DNA of 64,000 nt from an uncultured Gammaproteobacteria bacterium (GCA_965231135.1 OZ246419.1:513488-577487); one strand, 5' to 3'; positions 46,092-56,230 are shown, counted from the first letter of the stretch. The notes: generated from the sequence alone by a model not told the origin. Numbers and translations are program-made.

Positions 46092-47251
46092 AGAAAATCG
46101 CATTTGTATCAGACTCAATTTATCCTTACAACAAAGGTGGAAAAGAAAAAAGACTCTTTGACATTTCGACTCGACTCTCACAAAAGGGTCACGATGTTCA
46201 TATATATACAATGAAGTGGTGGAGAGGAAAAAATGTAAGAACTGAAAAAGGAGTCACTCTGCATGCAATTTCACCTTATTATTCTCTTTATTCTGGTAAT
46301 CGAAGATCTATTAAACAGGGCGTGATGTTTGGTTTGGCATGCTTAAAACTAATAAACGAAGACTGGGATATTGTGGACGTGGACCACATGCCGTTTTTCC
46401 CATTATTCTCTGTGAAATTCATATGCGTTCTTAAGAGTAAGAAGATGTATGCTACATGGCACGAGGTATGGGGTAGTAACTATTGGATGAAGTACATGGG
46501 TATTAAAGGTTTGGTTTCTGCATTTATTGAAAGATTTAGTGTTTTGCTTCCAGATGAAATAATTTCAGTTTCAAATCTTACAACCACAAAACTAAAGGGT
46601 AGACTTAAATCGAATAAGAAGATTTATACGATACCCGTTGGAATAGATTTTGAGTATATAAAGGCAATCAGAATGTCTTCTAAAAAATTTGACGTTGTTT
46701 TTGCAGGTAGACTTCTTAGCCATAAAAACGTAGATGTTTTAATTAAATCAGTATTTAATTTAAAGAGGCAATTTCCTCGGATAAAATGTCTAATAATTGG
46801 TGATGGGCCAGAGAAAAAAAGATTAGAAAAATTAGTTAGCGATCTTAAGCTTAAACAGAACGTACTGTTTTCAGGTTTTATCGAAAATCACTCTAAGGTG
46901 TATTCACTTATTAAATCATCAAGAGTATTTGTGCTTCCATCTACGCGAGAAGGATTTGGGATAGTAGTTATCGAAGCAAATGCCTGTGGGATACCAGTAA
47001 TAACAATAAATCATAAAGATAATGCTTCGAAATCTCTTATTATGAATAATCAAAACGGTATTACGTGTGATCTTGATCCAAACGTTCTTGCTGAAAAAAT
47101 AAGTATCATATTTAGAAGATCGGCCAATAAGGAAGAGAAGGTTAAATATGAATCTTTTGCACGTGTTTACCAGTGGGAAAACATTATAAATAAGCTGGAA
47201 AAAATTTATATGACAGCAAAAAGATTTGAATACGAGGAGGTCTTGGCATGA
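46088..47251 (+). CDS. GT4-family glycosyltransferase
   Basis: GT-B fold. EGFGIVVIEANACGIPVI motif. Confidence 0.7.
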   Translation: MKKIAFVSDSIYPYNKGGKEKRLFDISTRLSQKGHDVHIYTMKWWRGKNVRTEKGVTLHAISPYYSLYSGNRRSIKQGVMFGLACLKLINEDWDIVDVDHMPFFPLFSVKFICVLKSKKMYATWHEVWGSNYWMKYMGIKGLVSAFIERFSVLLPDEIISVSNLTTTKLKGRLKSNKKIYTIPVGIDFEYIKAIRMSSKKFDVVFAGRLLSHKNVDVLIKSVFNLKRQFPRIKCLIIGDGPEKKRLEKLVSDLKLKQNVLFSGFIENHSKVYSLIKSSRVFVLPSTREGFGIVVIEANACGIPVITINHKDNASKSLIMNNQNGITCDLDPNVLAEKISIIFRRSANKEEKVKYESFARVYQWENIINKLEKIYMTAKRFEYEEVLA

Positions 47252-49515
47252 AGATAATTGTTATTCCCAACATGCCTACAATGTCTGGTAGGCATTATTG
47301 CATTGCGAAAAGCTTTGTTGAGCACGGGCACGAGGTCCACTATATGATGTGGGCTTTGCCCTACGGAATGAATGCCAAAGGATTGTTAAGACATTGCTTT
47401 ACATCTTTAATACCGAATAAGTCTAGATATGAAGAGTTTACTGTTCATAAAGCAATCCGGCTTCCTTATTTTTGGCCTTTAATAAACGGTTTTCTTTTTA
47501 AATATCAAATAACAAATCTTTACAAGAAATTAGAGGCGGATTTTATATTTACTGAAGGTTACACAAATGAAACAGAAGTCCCTTGTGATCTTCCTTTTAT
47601 ATATGATTTGGCTGATGACTATGCTGCCCCTGCTGATGTTTACGGATCGCTTGTTTATAAATTTGCCTTCAAACTTCTTAACGTTAGTGGTGTTATGGAG
47701 AGACAGAGCAAAAATGCTTTGGCTGTTACTGCTGTTTCGGAAGCACTTCGTAAATATGCAAAAAGATTTAATAAGAATGTCTATAAATCGCCAAATGGTG
47801 TTGATAATAAAATCATTAGAAAAGTATTAAAAGATAAATCAACATATTCCAAAAATAATTTTTCAATGATTTACGTAACAGGCTTCGGCCCATGGAGTCG
47901 TGCGATAGAGACACTGAAAACAACCGTAAAACTACACCAAGAATTTCCTGAACTCAGTCTTACTCTTGTGGGAAAAGGTAATCAGGTTAATGATATGTTG
48001 GAGTTTATTAAAGAGAATAAAGCTGAAAGTTATATCCACTACCTAGGTTTTGTTGGTAATCGCGAACAACTATTCAGAAGAATAAATACGCACAGTATCG
48101 GATTGAATATTTCTGATAAAAACAAGTGGAGAGATGCTGCACATCCTATTAAAGTTCTCGAATATTCTGCATTAGGGAAGAGAGTTGTTTCTACTGATTT
48201 ATATGAGGTAAAGGCACTACGGTTTCCTAACATCTTTTTATTCTCTGACAGAAAAGGCGGAAAATCTCTTGAAAATACTCTACGACTAGCTCTACAAGAT
48301 TCGCGCGATATAAAGGATTTTAAAAACATAAGCTCACATGTTTTAAAGACATATAACTGGGATACAGAGGCCAAAAGGATCATAAAGATTGTTAGAGATA
48401 TGAAAAATAGTAAAAGTGTCGAAGTAGGTAAAATCGTGCATGTTACTCCATCTTATCCCCCTAATCTAGGTGGGCTGGAAAAAGTTGTACAGCTTCTAGC
48501 ACGAGTTCAAAAAGATAAGGGTTTGAATGTATCTGTGATAACTTCGCAACCAGATAGAAAACAAAGACTCGAAAAAGATGTAGTGCAGGTTACTCGACTG
48601 AGGAGTTTTAAATTTGCAAGTACTAAGATAATGCCAGGATTACTAACCAAGATACTTGCAATTAAGCCAAATGACATAGTTCACCTACATATAATTTCTG
48701 CTTATATGCCAGAAATAGTGTGGTTAGCTTCTAAAATAAAGGGCTTTAAATATATTGTTCATTTACATCTAAATATAGAGGCTACGACACGCGCAGGGTG
48801 GCTTTTGAAACTTTATAAGCCTTATATATTAAAACGTGTATTGACGGGAGCAAGTTATATAGTTGTGTTTACTCAAGAACAAAAAAACTCTGTATTCAAA
48901 GAATATGGTGTCGATAAATCAAAAATTAAAGTAATCCCTAATGGAGTAGAAGATAAGTTCTATTTTGATAAACCTAGGAAACAACATAAAAAACCTCGAT
49001 TGCTTTTTGTAGGTAGGCTTGACGTACAGAAAAATTTGCCTCAGTTTTTATACGGGCTTGATGGGATCTCTGATCATTTTGAGACTATCATTGTCGGGGA
49101 TGGAGCGTTAAAGCATGATCTTAAAAAATTGGCAAAAGAGTTGAAACTAAAGAGGATATCTTTTGTCGGACGTAAGGACGGGACAAATTTAATTAGATAT
49201 TACAAATCTTCCGACATTTTTATATTGCCTTCCGAGCGTGAAGGGATGCCGCTTGCACTACTAGAAGCGATGGCAATGGGTCTGCCTTCTGTGGTAACAG
49301 ATGTATCTGGAAACCACGATGTGATTATAGATGGACAAAATGGGAAACTCGTTCCATTAGGAGATCCGCTTGCACTTAAGAATGCAATTAAAAGTTTAAG
49401 CAATAGTAGAAGATTATATACAAACATGAGTATGTCTGCTTATCAAACGGCTCATAAGTATTCGTGGAATGTTATATCCAACCAGTTTGAAAAATTATAT
49501 GAAAACACTATTTAA
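47248..49515 (+). CDS. tandem double GT4-family glycosyltransferase
   Basis: Two GT-B units. Second unit carries EREGMPLALLEAMAMGLPSV (E-X7-E). Confidence 0.7.
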   Translation: MKIIVIPNMPTMSGRHYCIAKSFVEHGHEVHYMMWALPYGMNAKGLLRHCFTSLIPNKSRYEEFTVHKAIRLPYFWPLINGFLFKYQITNLYKKLEADFIFTEGYTNETEVPCDLPFIYDLADDYAAPADVYGSLVYKFAFKLLNVSGVMERQSKNALAVTAVSEALRKYAKRFNKNVYKSPNGVDNKIIRKVLKDKSTYSKNNFSMIYVTGFGPWSRAIETLKTTVKLHQEFPELSLTLVGKGNQVNDMLEFIKENKAESYIHYLGFVGNREQLFRRINTHSIGLNISDKNKWRDAAHPIKVLEYSALGKRVVSTDLYEVKALRFPNIFLFSDRKGGKSLENTLRLALQDSRDIKDFKNISSHVLKTYNWDTEAKRIIKIVRDMKNSKSVEVGKIVHVTPSYPPNLGGLEKVVQLLARVQKDKGLNVSVITSQPDRKQRLEKDVVQVTRLRSFKFASTKIMPGLLTKILAIKPNDIVHLHIISAYMPEIVWLASKIKGFKYIVHLHLNIEATTRAGWLLKLYKPYILKRVLTGASYIVVFTQEQKNSVFKEYGVDKSKIKVIPNGVEDKFYFDKPRKQHKKPRLLFVGRLDVQKNLPQFLYGLDGISDHFETIIVGDGALKHDLKKLAKELKLKRISFVGRKDGTNLIRYYKSSDIFILPSEREGMPLALLEAMAMGLPSVVTDVSGNHDVIIDGQNGKLVPLGDPLALKNAIKSLSNSRRLYTNMSMSAYQTAHKYSWNVISNQFEKLYENTI

Positions 49516-51724
49516 AATTAAAAAGCTGTGGCTAAAGAGATCAAAAGAACTGATGATTTGGCAAATTATATTGCCTTTATTGGTTGTAGCTAATATTTCT
49601 TATTTAATTGGAGGAATAGTTGGATCAATTATTACGCTTTCCTTTTTTCTGTTTGCTCCTGGATATTTATTTTTGAATCTATTAAAGCATGAACTAAAGT
49701 CCAAATGGGAAATTGGTAGTTTCTCTATGGGCATAAGTCTACTTTCTATAATGCTCGGAGGATTGTGTCTTAATACATTAAATATATTTGGTCTTTCGCA
49801 ACCGCTTACGAGTCTTAATATTTTTCTTATGCTGAATTTATTTGTAATATCGCTGTTGTGGGTCAATCGTAAGAAAAAAATCAAGATACCAAAACTACAA
49901 ATAAAAGCATCTAAGGAACAATTGGTAATCGCTGGCTTATTAACGTTTTTGCCTTTCTTGGCAGCAGGCGGAGCTACGACTTTAAATAATGGTGGTTCAA
50001 ACACTCTTACAATGATTCTTTTTGCATTAATACCAATCGTCTTTATAATCCTTGTCGCACGTAAGAACTTGCAATCTTTGTATCCGTATGCAATTTTTAC
50101 AATGGCTTTGGCGATTTTGTTTAGTACTTCATTGCGTGGCTGGTATATAACAGGACATGATATTCAACATGAATTTTCAGTATTTCAACATACTTACCAA
50201 GATAACCTTTGGCATGTGAGGGTTGCGATGGGCGATCCATATAATGCATGCCTGAGTATCACTATACTTCCTACAATAATTGCTAAAATTACCACAATAC
50301 CTTCTGTGTATGTTTATAAATTCTTCTTTCAGATTATTTTTGCATTCGGATTGATGCCGGTTTATTTGTTTGTAAGAAAATTTACGAACTCAATTTATGG
50401 ACTAATTGCTGCGTTTATTTTCATCACTTTTCCGACATTTCTCGATGACATGCCATTTCTCAATAGGCAAGAGATAGGTTTCATATTCTTTGGGCTTCTT
50501 GTAATGCTTACTTTCTCTAAGATTAAAAAGGGTACAAAGATGTTACTTAGTGTAGCCATCTTGCTTGGCATCATGTTTTCTCATTATTCCAGTAACTATG
50601 TTACGCTTTGTATTCTACTTGGTGCTTGGTTTATTTTTAATTTGCTAAAAAGAACACAGACTATAAAAAATAACTCCTTTGAAATACCAATATTAAGACT
50701 TTGGATTATCGTAGGCGCTATTATATTGACTTTTCTTTGGAACTCCCAAATCACAGCTTCGGCATCAAATTTAGAAACGGCGGTTATTCAGACCATAGAT
50801 GATTTTAGATACAAAAGGTCTGTAGAAGACAGATTCCTTAGTTATGGATTAATTGAACGATCAGTAACCGATTTAAAGAGTCAATTTGAAGAGTTTGTAA
50901 AAACACGAAGTATTTCAGCCCAATATACATCTCCATCTGATATGCCATTAACATATTTAGGACAAAAGCTTTCTTCAATAATTGACGTAAAATCTTTCAA
51001 TTACGGTATACATACTGCTATAGCAAAGATATATCAAGTTTTGATAATACTTGGAACTGTTATTTATTTCTTTAAACAGAGAAGAACAGCAAATAAAGAG
51101 GGTAGTTATTATATTTCAATCATTTTTGCAGGTCTTATCTTATTAGTAACTTTTACATTATTTCCACGGTTGGCTAGTGATTATAGCGTTATAAGGCTGA
51201 TCCAACAAACATTAGTGTTGACTGCTTTGCCTATTATTTTTGCAACAGAATTTCTTTTTGGTCTGTTTAGACGATATAAGCAAATAGTAGTTGCGGTTTT
51301 GTTTGTCGTTTTATTTTTACATTCTTCAGGCTTTGTTCCACAACTAACAGGTGGCTATAAACCTTTGTTAGCACTTAACAACGCTGGAGTCTATTATGAT
51401 TATTTTTATACCCACGAAAGTGATCTGTTAAGCACTAACTGGCTTGCAGAGAATATGGATAAAAGTTTACCAGTTTTCCATGATGTTATTTCTGACTTAT
51501 CAATTATAAATTATCCCCGCAAAACTGGGTTACTCTATTCTGATAACGAGACAAGACAACAAATGTCACTAGCATATATTTATTTGGGCTATACAAATAC
51601 AACTAAGGGTATATTTAGAACCTTTCAGATTGGTGATTTTACTGAATATATAGATACTTCAATAACATTAAATCGCAATCTTATTTATAACAATGGTAAA
51701 AGTCGTATTTATTTAGGATTATGA
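49469..51724 (+). CDS. large polytopic membrane protein (DUF2206/GT-C or polymerase-like)
   Basis: About 15 TM helices. The true start may be an internal Met (49499 or 49553), since the tracked start overlaps the upstream gene by 47 nt. Confidence 0.5.
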   Translation: MLYPTSLKNYMKTLFKIKKLWLKRSKELMIWQIILPLLVVANISYLIGGIVGSIITLSFFLFAPGYLFLNLLKHELKSKWEIGSFSMGISLLSIMLGGLCLNTLNIFGLSQPLTSLNIFLMLNLFVISLLWVNRKKKIKIPKLQIKASKEQLVIAGLLTFLPFLAAGGATTLNNGGSNTLTMILFALIPIVFIILVARKNLQSLYPYAIFTMALAILFSTSLRGWYITGHDIQHEFSVFQHTYQDNLWHVRVAMGDPYNACLSITILPTIIAKITTIPSVYVYKFFFQIIFAFGLMPVYLFVRKFTNSIYGLIAAFIFITFPTFLDDMPFLNRQEIGFIFFGLLVMLTFSKIKKGTKMLLSVAILLGIMFSHYSSNYVTLCILLGAWFIFNLLKRTQTIKNNSFEIPILRLWIIVGAIILTFLWNSQITASASNLETAVIQTIDDFRYKRSVEDRFLSYGLIERSVTDLKSQFEEFVKTRSISAQYTSPSDMPLTYLGQKLSSIIDVKSFNYGIHTAIAKIYQVLIILGTVIYFFKQRRTANKEGSYYISIIFAGLILLVTFTLFPRLASDYSVIRLIQQTLVLTALPIIFATEFLFGLFRRYKQIVVAVLFVVLFLHSSGFVPQLTGGYKPLLALNNAGVYYDYFYTHESDLLSTNWLAENMDKSLPVFHDVISDLSIINYPRKTGLLYSDNETRQQMSLAYIYLGYTNTTKGIFRTFQIGDFTEYIDTSITLNRNLIYNNGKSRIYLGL

Positions 51725-54372
51725 AAAAAATAATTAACATCAAATATATCCAAAGGGTTAGCTCCTTTTGTCTGTCTATCGTAAAAAACAAACTTTTGTT
51801 TAATTCTTTGAGTCTAATGGTTGCATCAGGAGTAACGGCTGGATTCGGATTTATATTTTGGACTATTATTGCTAGATCTTATTCTACACAATCTGTAGGT
51901 TTTGCAACAACGCTGCTTTCGGTTGCAACAATTTTATCTTTAATAGGACTCGCAGGTTTCGATACAATTTTTTTACGTTTTTTATCAAAAACTGAAGATA
52001 AAAATATACAAATTAATAATGGTGTTATTGTGACAGGCATTGTTTCATTTATTGTTTCAAGTATTTTTTTAATTTTTTTGCCGATTCTATCTCCTACTCT
52101 CCAAATCATATTTCAGGGGAACTGGTATCCTTTGTTATTCGTACTCTTTACTATTTTTATGTCATGGAATATCTTAACTAATTCGATACTCATTTCACAC
52201 CATCATACTTCGTTAATCTTATTAATTGAATTACTATCAGGGATATTTAAGCTGATACTTGCGATGTTTTTTAACACATCAGGAACTATTACTATCTTTT
52301 CAATTGTTGGTCTTAGTCAAATTTTCAACGTTGTTTTAAGTGTATTTTTGATTATACGTGTATTGCACTACAAACCTTCGCTACAATTTGATATTCAATC
52401 CTTAAAGAAAAATTATCGATTCGGATTAGTAGCTTATATATCACAGTTGTTGAATTTATTACCTGCTTCTCTGTTGCCGTTAATCGTTGTTAATACTCTT
52501 GGTGCAACCTCAGCAGCATACTATTATGTCTCCTTTTCGATTGCAAATCTGTTATATACGATTGCTTATACAACAAATCAAGTACTTCTTGCGGAATCTT
52601 CCGGTAGCGAAGAGTTATTTCTGTCAATTGCAACACGAGGAATAAAAATAATAACTGGAATCATGACTCCAGTTATAGCTCTTGTTGTTTTGTTTTGTCC
52701 TGCATTATTATTACTTTTTGGAGGAAATTATTCTAGAGAAGCTAGTACTCTTTTACGAATTATGTGTTTAGCCGGTTTTATTGTGGCAATCTATTCTTTC
52801 CTTGGTTTTATCTTTAAACATACTAAAAATCTAAAGGCCTTATTATTTATGTCTGCTACATATGTTGTTTCCATTTTATCGTTAAGTTACTTCTTGATAA
52901 GTGTGTACGGGCTTATTGGTGTGGGTTTTGCGTGGTTCTTGGGAACGTTAATTTCTATTTTTATCGGTATTATATTTATGGTGTTACGAATAAATATTGT
53001 TCGTCAACCAGCTGCTTCTCCTAAAAATATCTTAATAACACACTTCTATTCGAAAAATAATAATGGGGATGCTGCGTTACTAAGTGTATTAATAAATGAT
53101 CTTAAGCGAAAATTTGGAAATCCTGCAATTTCCATAGTTGCCTCTGATGTTGTGAAACAAAATGAAAGGTTTGATGGTATTAATGTTTATAGTTCGTTTA
53201 TGTTTTACGCGATGAATCGTTTTAAAAGTCGTCATTTAACTTTTTTGTATTCAGTATATGTTATGATGGTCACGTTTTTATGGGCAGTGGTTTATAGATA
53301 CACCAAATTTTCTATACCAATACCTAAAGGAATCCAGCGTCTGTGTTTATATTACTCAAAGGCAGATTTGATTATTCCAGTGGGAGGTGGATATTTACGT
53401 GGCCAAAATAAAGGGATCGGCAGCTTACTGTATATCTGTTTAATTTTACATCCTTTGATCATAGGAAATGTTTTAAGAAAACCTAATGTCTTATATACTC
53501 AGTCAGTTGGACCTTTTTCTAATAGATTTGAAAGTTATCTTGTATCAAAAGTATTGAATTCATTCTCTCAAGCAGTCATTGTTCGTGAAAATATTTCTCA
53601 TAATATATTGAGGGGTAGAGTTAAAAAACTATACCGTTCGGTAGATTCTGGATTTGCCTTTGAAGGTAAAGGAAATTTTTATAATTTAGATAAAGTACTA
53701 AATCAAAAAAGATATCAATTTATCATTGGTGTAACAGCTAAAAAATATTTTAAATCCGAACTGCAAGAGAAATATGAACTGGCTCTTGCCAGAACTATTG
53801 AGTATATTTTTACTAAATATAGAGCGGCTGTTATTCTTATTCCACAAGTAACTGCTGAATATAACGGAGACGATGATCGAATTGTCCATAATCGAATTTT
53901 TTCGTATATCAGAAATAAAAAGGATGTATACGTAATTAACGACAAGCTTAACCACTACGATATAAAAACCATATATGGGCAGTTAGACTTGGTCATCGGA
54001 ACGAGATTCCATTCAGTTATTTTTTCACTTACATCTTATGTTCCAGCTATTGCTATTGAATACGAGCATAAAACAAGAGGAATTATGAAAGATTTAGGAT
54101 TAAGTAAATGGGTGATAAAAATAGAAGATGTTAATTTAGCAAAATTATCATCTATGGTAGATAAACTTGTCGAAGAACGCGTTATATATAGGGAAAAACT
54201 TATAAAGGTAATTCCTACATATCGCTCTCGAGCGAAAAATGCTATAGCAATTGTAGACAAACAATATAAAGAGTATATTACCAGCTCCAAACATGTAAAT
54301 AGAGAGGGTGTCTTCAAAAGACCTTTCCGGAGATTTAAGTTAATCTTTAACAACTTTAGTTTTTCTAGTTGA
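51721..54372 (+). CDS. fusion of Wzx-type (MOP superfamily) polysaccharide flippase and polysaccharide pyruvyl transferase (CsaB/WcaK-like)
   Basis: N-terminal about 420 aa with about 14 TM helices. C-terminal domain with GTRFHSVIFSL...PAIAIEYEHKTRG, typical of PS_pyruv_trans. Confidence 0.6.
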   Translation: MKKIINIKYIQRVSSFCLSIVKNKLLFNSLSLMVASGVTAGFGFIFWTIIARSYSTQSVGFATTLLSVATILSLIGLAGFDTIFLRFLSKTEDKNIQINNGVIVTGIVSFIVSSIFLIFLPILSPTLQIIFQGNWYPLLFVLFTIFMSWNILTNSILISHHHTSLILLIELLSGIFKLILAMFFNTSGTITIFSIVGLSQIFNVVLSVFLIIRVLHYKPSLQFDIQSLKKNYRFGLVAYISQLLNLLPASLLPLIVVNTLGATSAAYYYVSFSIANLLYTIAYTTNQVLLAESSGSEELFLSIATRGIKIITGIMTPVIALVVLFCPALLLLFGGNYSREASTLLRIMCLAGFIVAIYSFLGFIFKHTKNLKALLFMSATYVVSILSLSYFLISVYGLIGVGFAWFLGTLISIFIGIIFMVLRINIVRQPAASPKNILITHFYSKNNNGDAALLSVLINDLKRKFGNPAISIVASDVVKQNERFDGINVYSSFMFYAMNRFKSRHLTFLYSVYVMMVTFLWAVVYRYTKFSIPIPKGIQRLCLYYSKADLIIPVGGGYLRGQNKGIGSLLYICLILHPLIIGNVLRKPNVLYTQSVGPFSNRFESYLVSKVLNSFSQAVIVRENISHNILRGRVKKLYRSVDSGFAFEGKGNFYNLDKVLNQKRYQFIIGVTAKKYFKSELQEKYELALARTIEYIFTKYRAAVILIPQVTAEYNGDDDRIVHNRIFSYIRNKKDVYVINDKLNHYDIKTIYGQLDLVIGTRFHSVIFSLTSYVPAIAIEYEHKTRGIMKDLGLSKWVIKIEDVNLAKLSSMVDKLVEERVIYREKLIKVIPTYRSRAKNAIAIVDKQYKEYITSSKHVNREGVFKRPFRRFKLIFNNFSFSS

Positions 54373-54381
54373 AATAAGAAA

Positions 54382-54618
54382 TTGATACTTATGAATAAAA
54401 TAACAAAGATTGTAAAAGCAATTTCTTTTACCTTATTCGTCTTTGGTTTTACTGGCTGGATTTATATAGCTATTAATGCATGGGTACACCCTCAAACACT
54501 AAGTTGGCAATTGACACATCTTACTCCATGGATCAGAGAAGATACCTTTGGTATCATTTGTTTTATTGTTTCTTTTGTTTCTTTTTTTGTGTGGAATTTA
54601 ACAAGAGAAGAAAAATAG
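54382..54618 (+). CDS. small membrane protein
   Basis: 78 aa with 2 TM helices. Confidence 0.3.
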   Translation: MILMNKITKIVKAISFTLFVFGFTGWIYIAINAWVHPQTLSWQLTHLTPWIREDTFGIICFIVSFVSFFVWNLTREEK

Positions 54619-54637
54619 GCTTGAGTTGGTTGTGCAT

Positions 54638-55672
54638 TTACACTTCAATTGTTAATTTTATTAATTTTTTACCATCATCTTCGCTAGCGATTATTTTTCC
54701 AATATCGCTAATTCGCTCGTAAATCTCTTTTATTTTTAGACCCCTGTCTCTATATTTTCTAGACTCACTGCTATATCGTCTTAAGGTTCTTTGTTGAGTT
54801 GCAGTATTGAACTCCAAATATTTCAGAGTCGTTTCAAGATTGGCGTGGCCCATTGCATCTTTAATATCTGAATCTTCAGCTCCATTATTTTTTAAATCCC
54901 TTGCAAAAATTCTACGTAAATCGTGGACTTGCAATGGGTGACCCCAAAGCTTTCCCGCCTGACGCATAATAGCTTCTAGTCTCTTTTCACCAACTACAAA
55001 CAGTCGTTGAGAATAATCTTCTTTGTAATGACCTTTATCATTTAATATTTCTAGTTCTTCTGGATTTTTTCCTTGCAGTCTTTCTTCTAGATCTTTAATT
55101 AACCAGGGGACTTCAGGAATACTTACCATTCTCGGGCCTGTTTTACCTTGTCGAATTTGCACTTGTCTACCGCTCAAGGAAACATCGCTTAATAGGATAT
55201 TTCGTGTTTCGTAATTTCTGCCACCGCAGGCAACGAGAATGAATTTGAGACAAGCACGATGTTCTTTCTTAGAAAACCTGTGCTGGCGATTGTCGTAAAG
55301 TCCTGGTTCTGTAACCTTATCTATTAATTTAAGCATCTCAGCTTGAGAGGGAAGTATGCGAAGTTTTCTATTTACGGGAGTTCTTGCCATTCCTGCTGCC
55401 CAGTCTTTTTCTAAAATCCCTTCATTGAACATCCATCTGACAATCTTTTTGACAAATGTTTCGGCCTGACGACGCGATGATTCCGCTTTGCCTTTTTGTC
55501 TTAAATTCAAGAAATAATCTTCTGCCGTATCGCGATTAAAGGGTTTATCTTCAATAAAATCTAGCAAGTTTTTTGCCCAATCTTGATTATTTTTATGGGT
55601 TTTTGGTTTCCAACTTCTATCTTTATACTTAAAATATTTGTTTATATTTTCTTCTAATTCTTTTTTTAGCAT
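54638..55672 (-). CDS. tyrosine-type site-specific integrase
   Basis: R...HDLRRIFA (HxxR) and GHANLETTLKYL (catalytic Tyr) motifs. Adjacent to tRNA-Val and the split tRNA half. Confidence 0.8.
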   Translation of the reverse strand: MLKKELEENINKYFKYKDRSWKPKTHKNNQDWAKNLLDFIEDKPFNRDTAEDYFLNLRQKGKAESSRRQAETFVKKIVRWMFNEGILEKDWAAGMARTPVNRKLRILPSQAEMLKLIDKVTEPGLYDNRQHRFSKKEHRACLKFILVACGGRNYETRNILLSDVSLSGRQVQIRQGKTGPRMVSIPEVPWLIKDLEERLQGKNPEELEILNDKGHYKEDYSQRLFVVGEKRLEAIMRQAGKLWGHPLQVHDLRRIFARDLKNNGAEDSDIKDAMGHANLETTLKYLEFNTATQQRTLRRYSSESRKYRDRGLKIKEIYERISDIGKIIASEDDGKKLIKLTIEV

Positions 55673-55747
55673 ATGAGTACAAGACGTTAATCCTAATACT
55701 CATGTGTTTTTTAATATTAATATTTGAAGCAGCTAATCTCCGAAGTG

Positions 55748-55820
55748 TGCTCGTTCAAGGACTCGAACCTTGGACCCTTCGCATGTAAAGCGAATGCTCT
55801 ACCAACTGAGCTAAACGAGC
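55748..55820 (-). tRNA. tRNA-Val(TAC)
   Basis: GCTCGTT...TTCGC-TTTACAT-GCGAA...CAAGG-TTCGAGT-CCTTG-AACGAGC-A. Confidence 0.85.
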
Positions 55821-55876
55821 TTATTTTGGCCGCTTTTAGCTTCAAGAGCCCCCTTTACATCTCTATACTAGCACAA

Positions 55877-55924
55877 CACTTCGAGGATGTAAACCGAGCG
55901 CTCTACCAACTGAGCTAACCGCCC
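55877..55924 (-). other. tRNA-Val(TAC) 5' half (acceptor through anticodon loop). Right att remnant of the island.
   Basis: GGGCGGT-TA-GCTC-AGTTGGTA-GAGC-G-CTCGG-TTTACAT, then non-tRNA sequence. The partner 3' half lies at 39492..39532. Confidence 0.65.
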
Positions 55925-55928
55925 TTTG

Positions 55929-56010
55929 TGCGGGAGACAGGACTTGAACCTGCATGGATTGCTCCACACGCTCCTTAGGCGTGCCTGTATACCAATTTCA
56001 GCACTCCCGC
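55929..56010 (-). tRNA. tRNA-Leu, type II, anticodon read as AAG
   Basis: Anticodon arm CACGC-CTAAGGA-GCGTG. 13-nt variable arm. T-arm GCAGG-TTCAAGT-CCTGT. Confidence 0.65.
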
Positions 56011-56023
56011 ATATATTTTCCTG

Positions 56024-56095
56024 TGCTCCCAGACGGAATCGGACTGTCATCTTCTCCTTAGAAGGGAGTTGCTCTATCCATTGAGCTATGGGAGC
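56024..56095 (-). tRNA. tRNA-Arg(TCT) with non-canonical T-loop (TCCGATT)
   Basis: Anticodon arm ACTCC-CTTCTAA-GGAGA. T-arm GACAG-TCCGATT-CCGTC. Confidence 0.65.
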
Positions 56096-56147
56096 TTACA
56101 ATAGACATTGATATTATATCAAATTTGATATACTTAAGCTCACATAA

Positions 56148-56230
56148 GCCGAAGTGGCGAAATGGCAGACGCGCACGGTTCAGAGCCGTGTTCCCGTAAG
56201 GGAGTGGAGGTTCAAATCCTCTCTTCGGCA
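56148..56230 (+). tRNA. tRNA-Leu(CAG), type II
   Basis: Anticodon arm CACGG-TTCAGAG-CCGTG. T-loop TTCAAAT. Confidence 0.85.

Larger units (their letters stand above)
39492..55924 (-). mobile_element. about 16.4 kb integrated genomic island inserted in a tRNA-Val(TAC) gene (tyrosine integrase, excisionase-like HTH, PIN TA pair, replication ATPase, 10 kb glycan-biosynthesis cargo)
   Basis: Split tRNA halves at the two ends share the core cttGAGGATGTAA (39523-39532 and 55873-55882). Integrase lies adjacent to the right end. Phage/plasmid-like genes at the left end. Confidence 0.65.
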
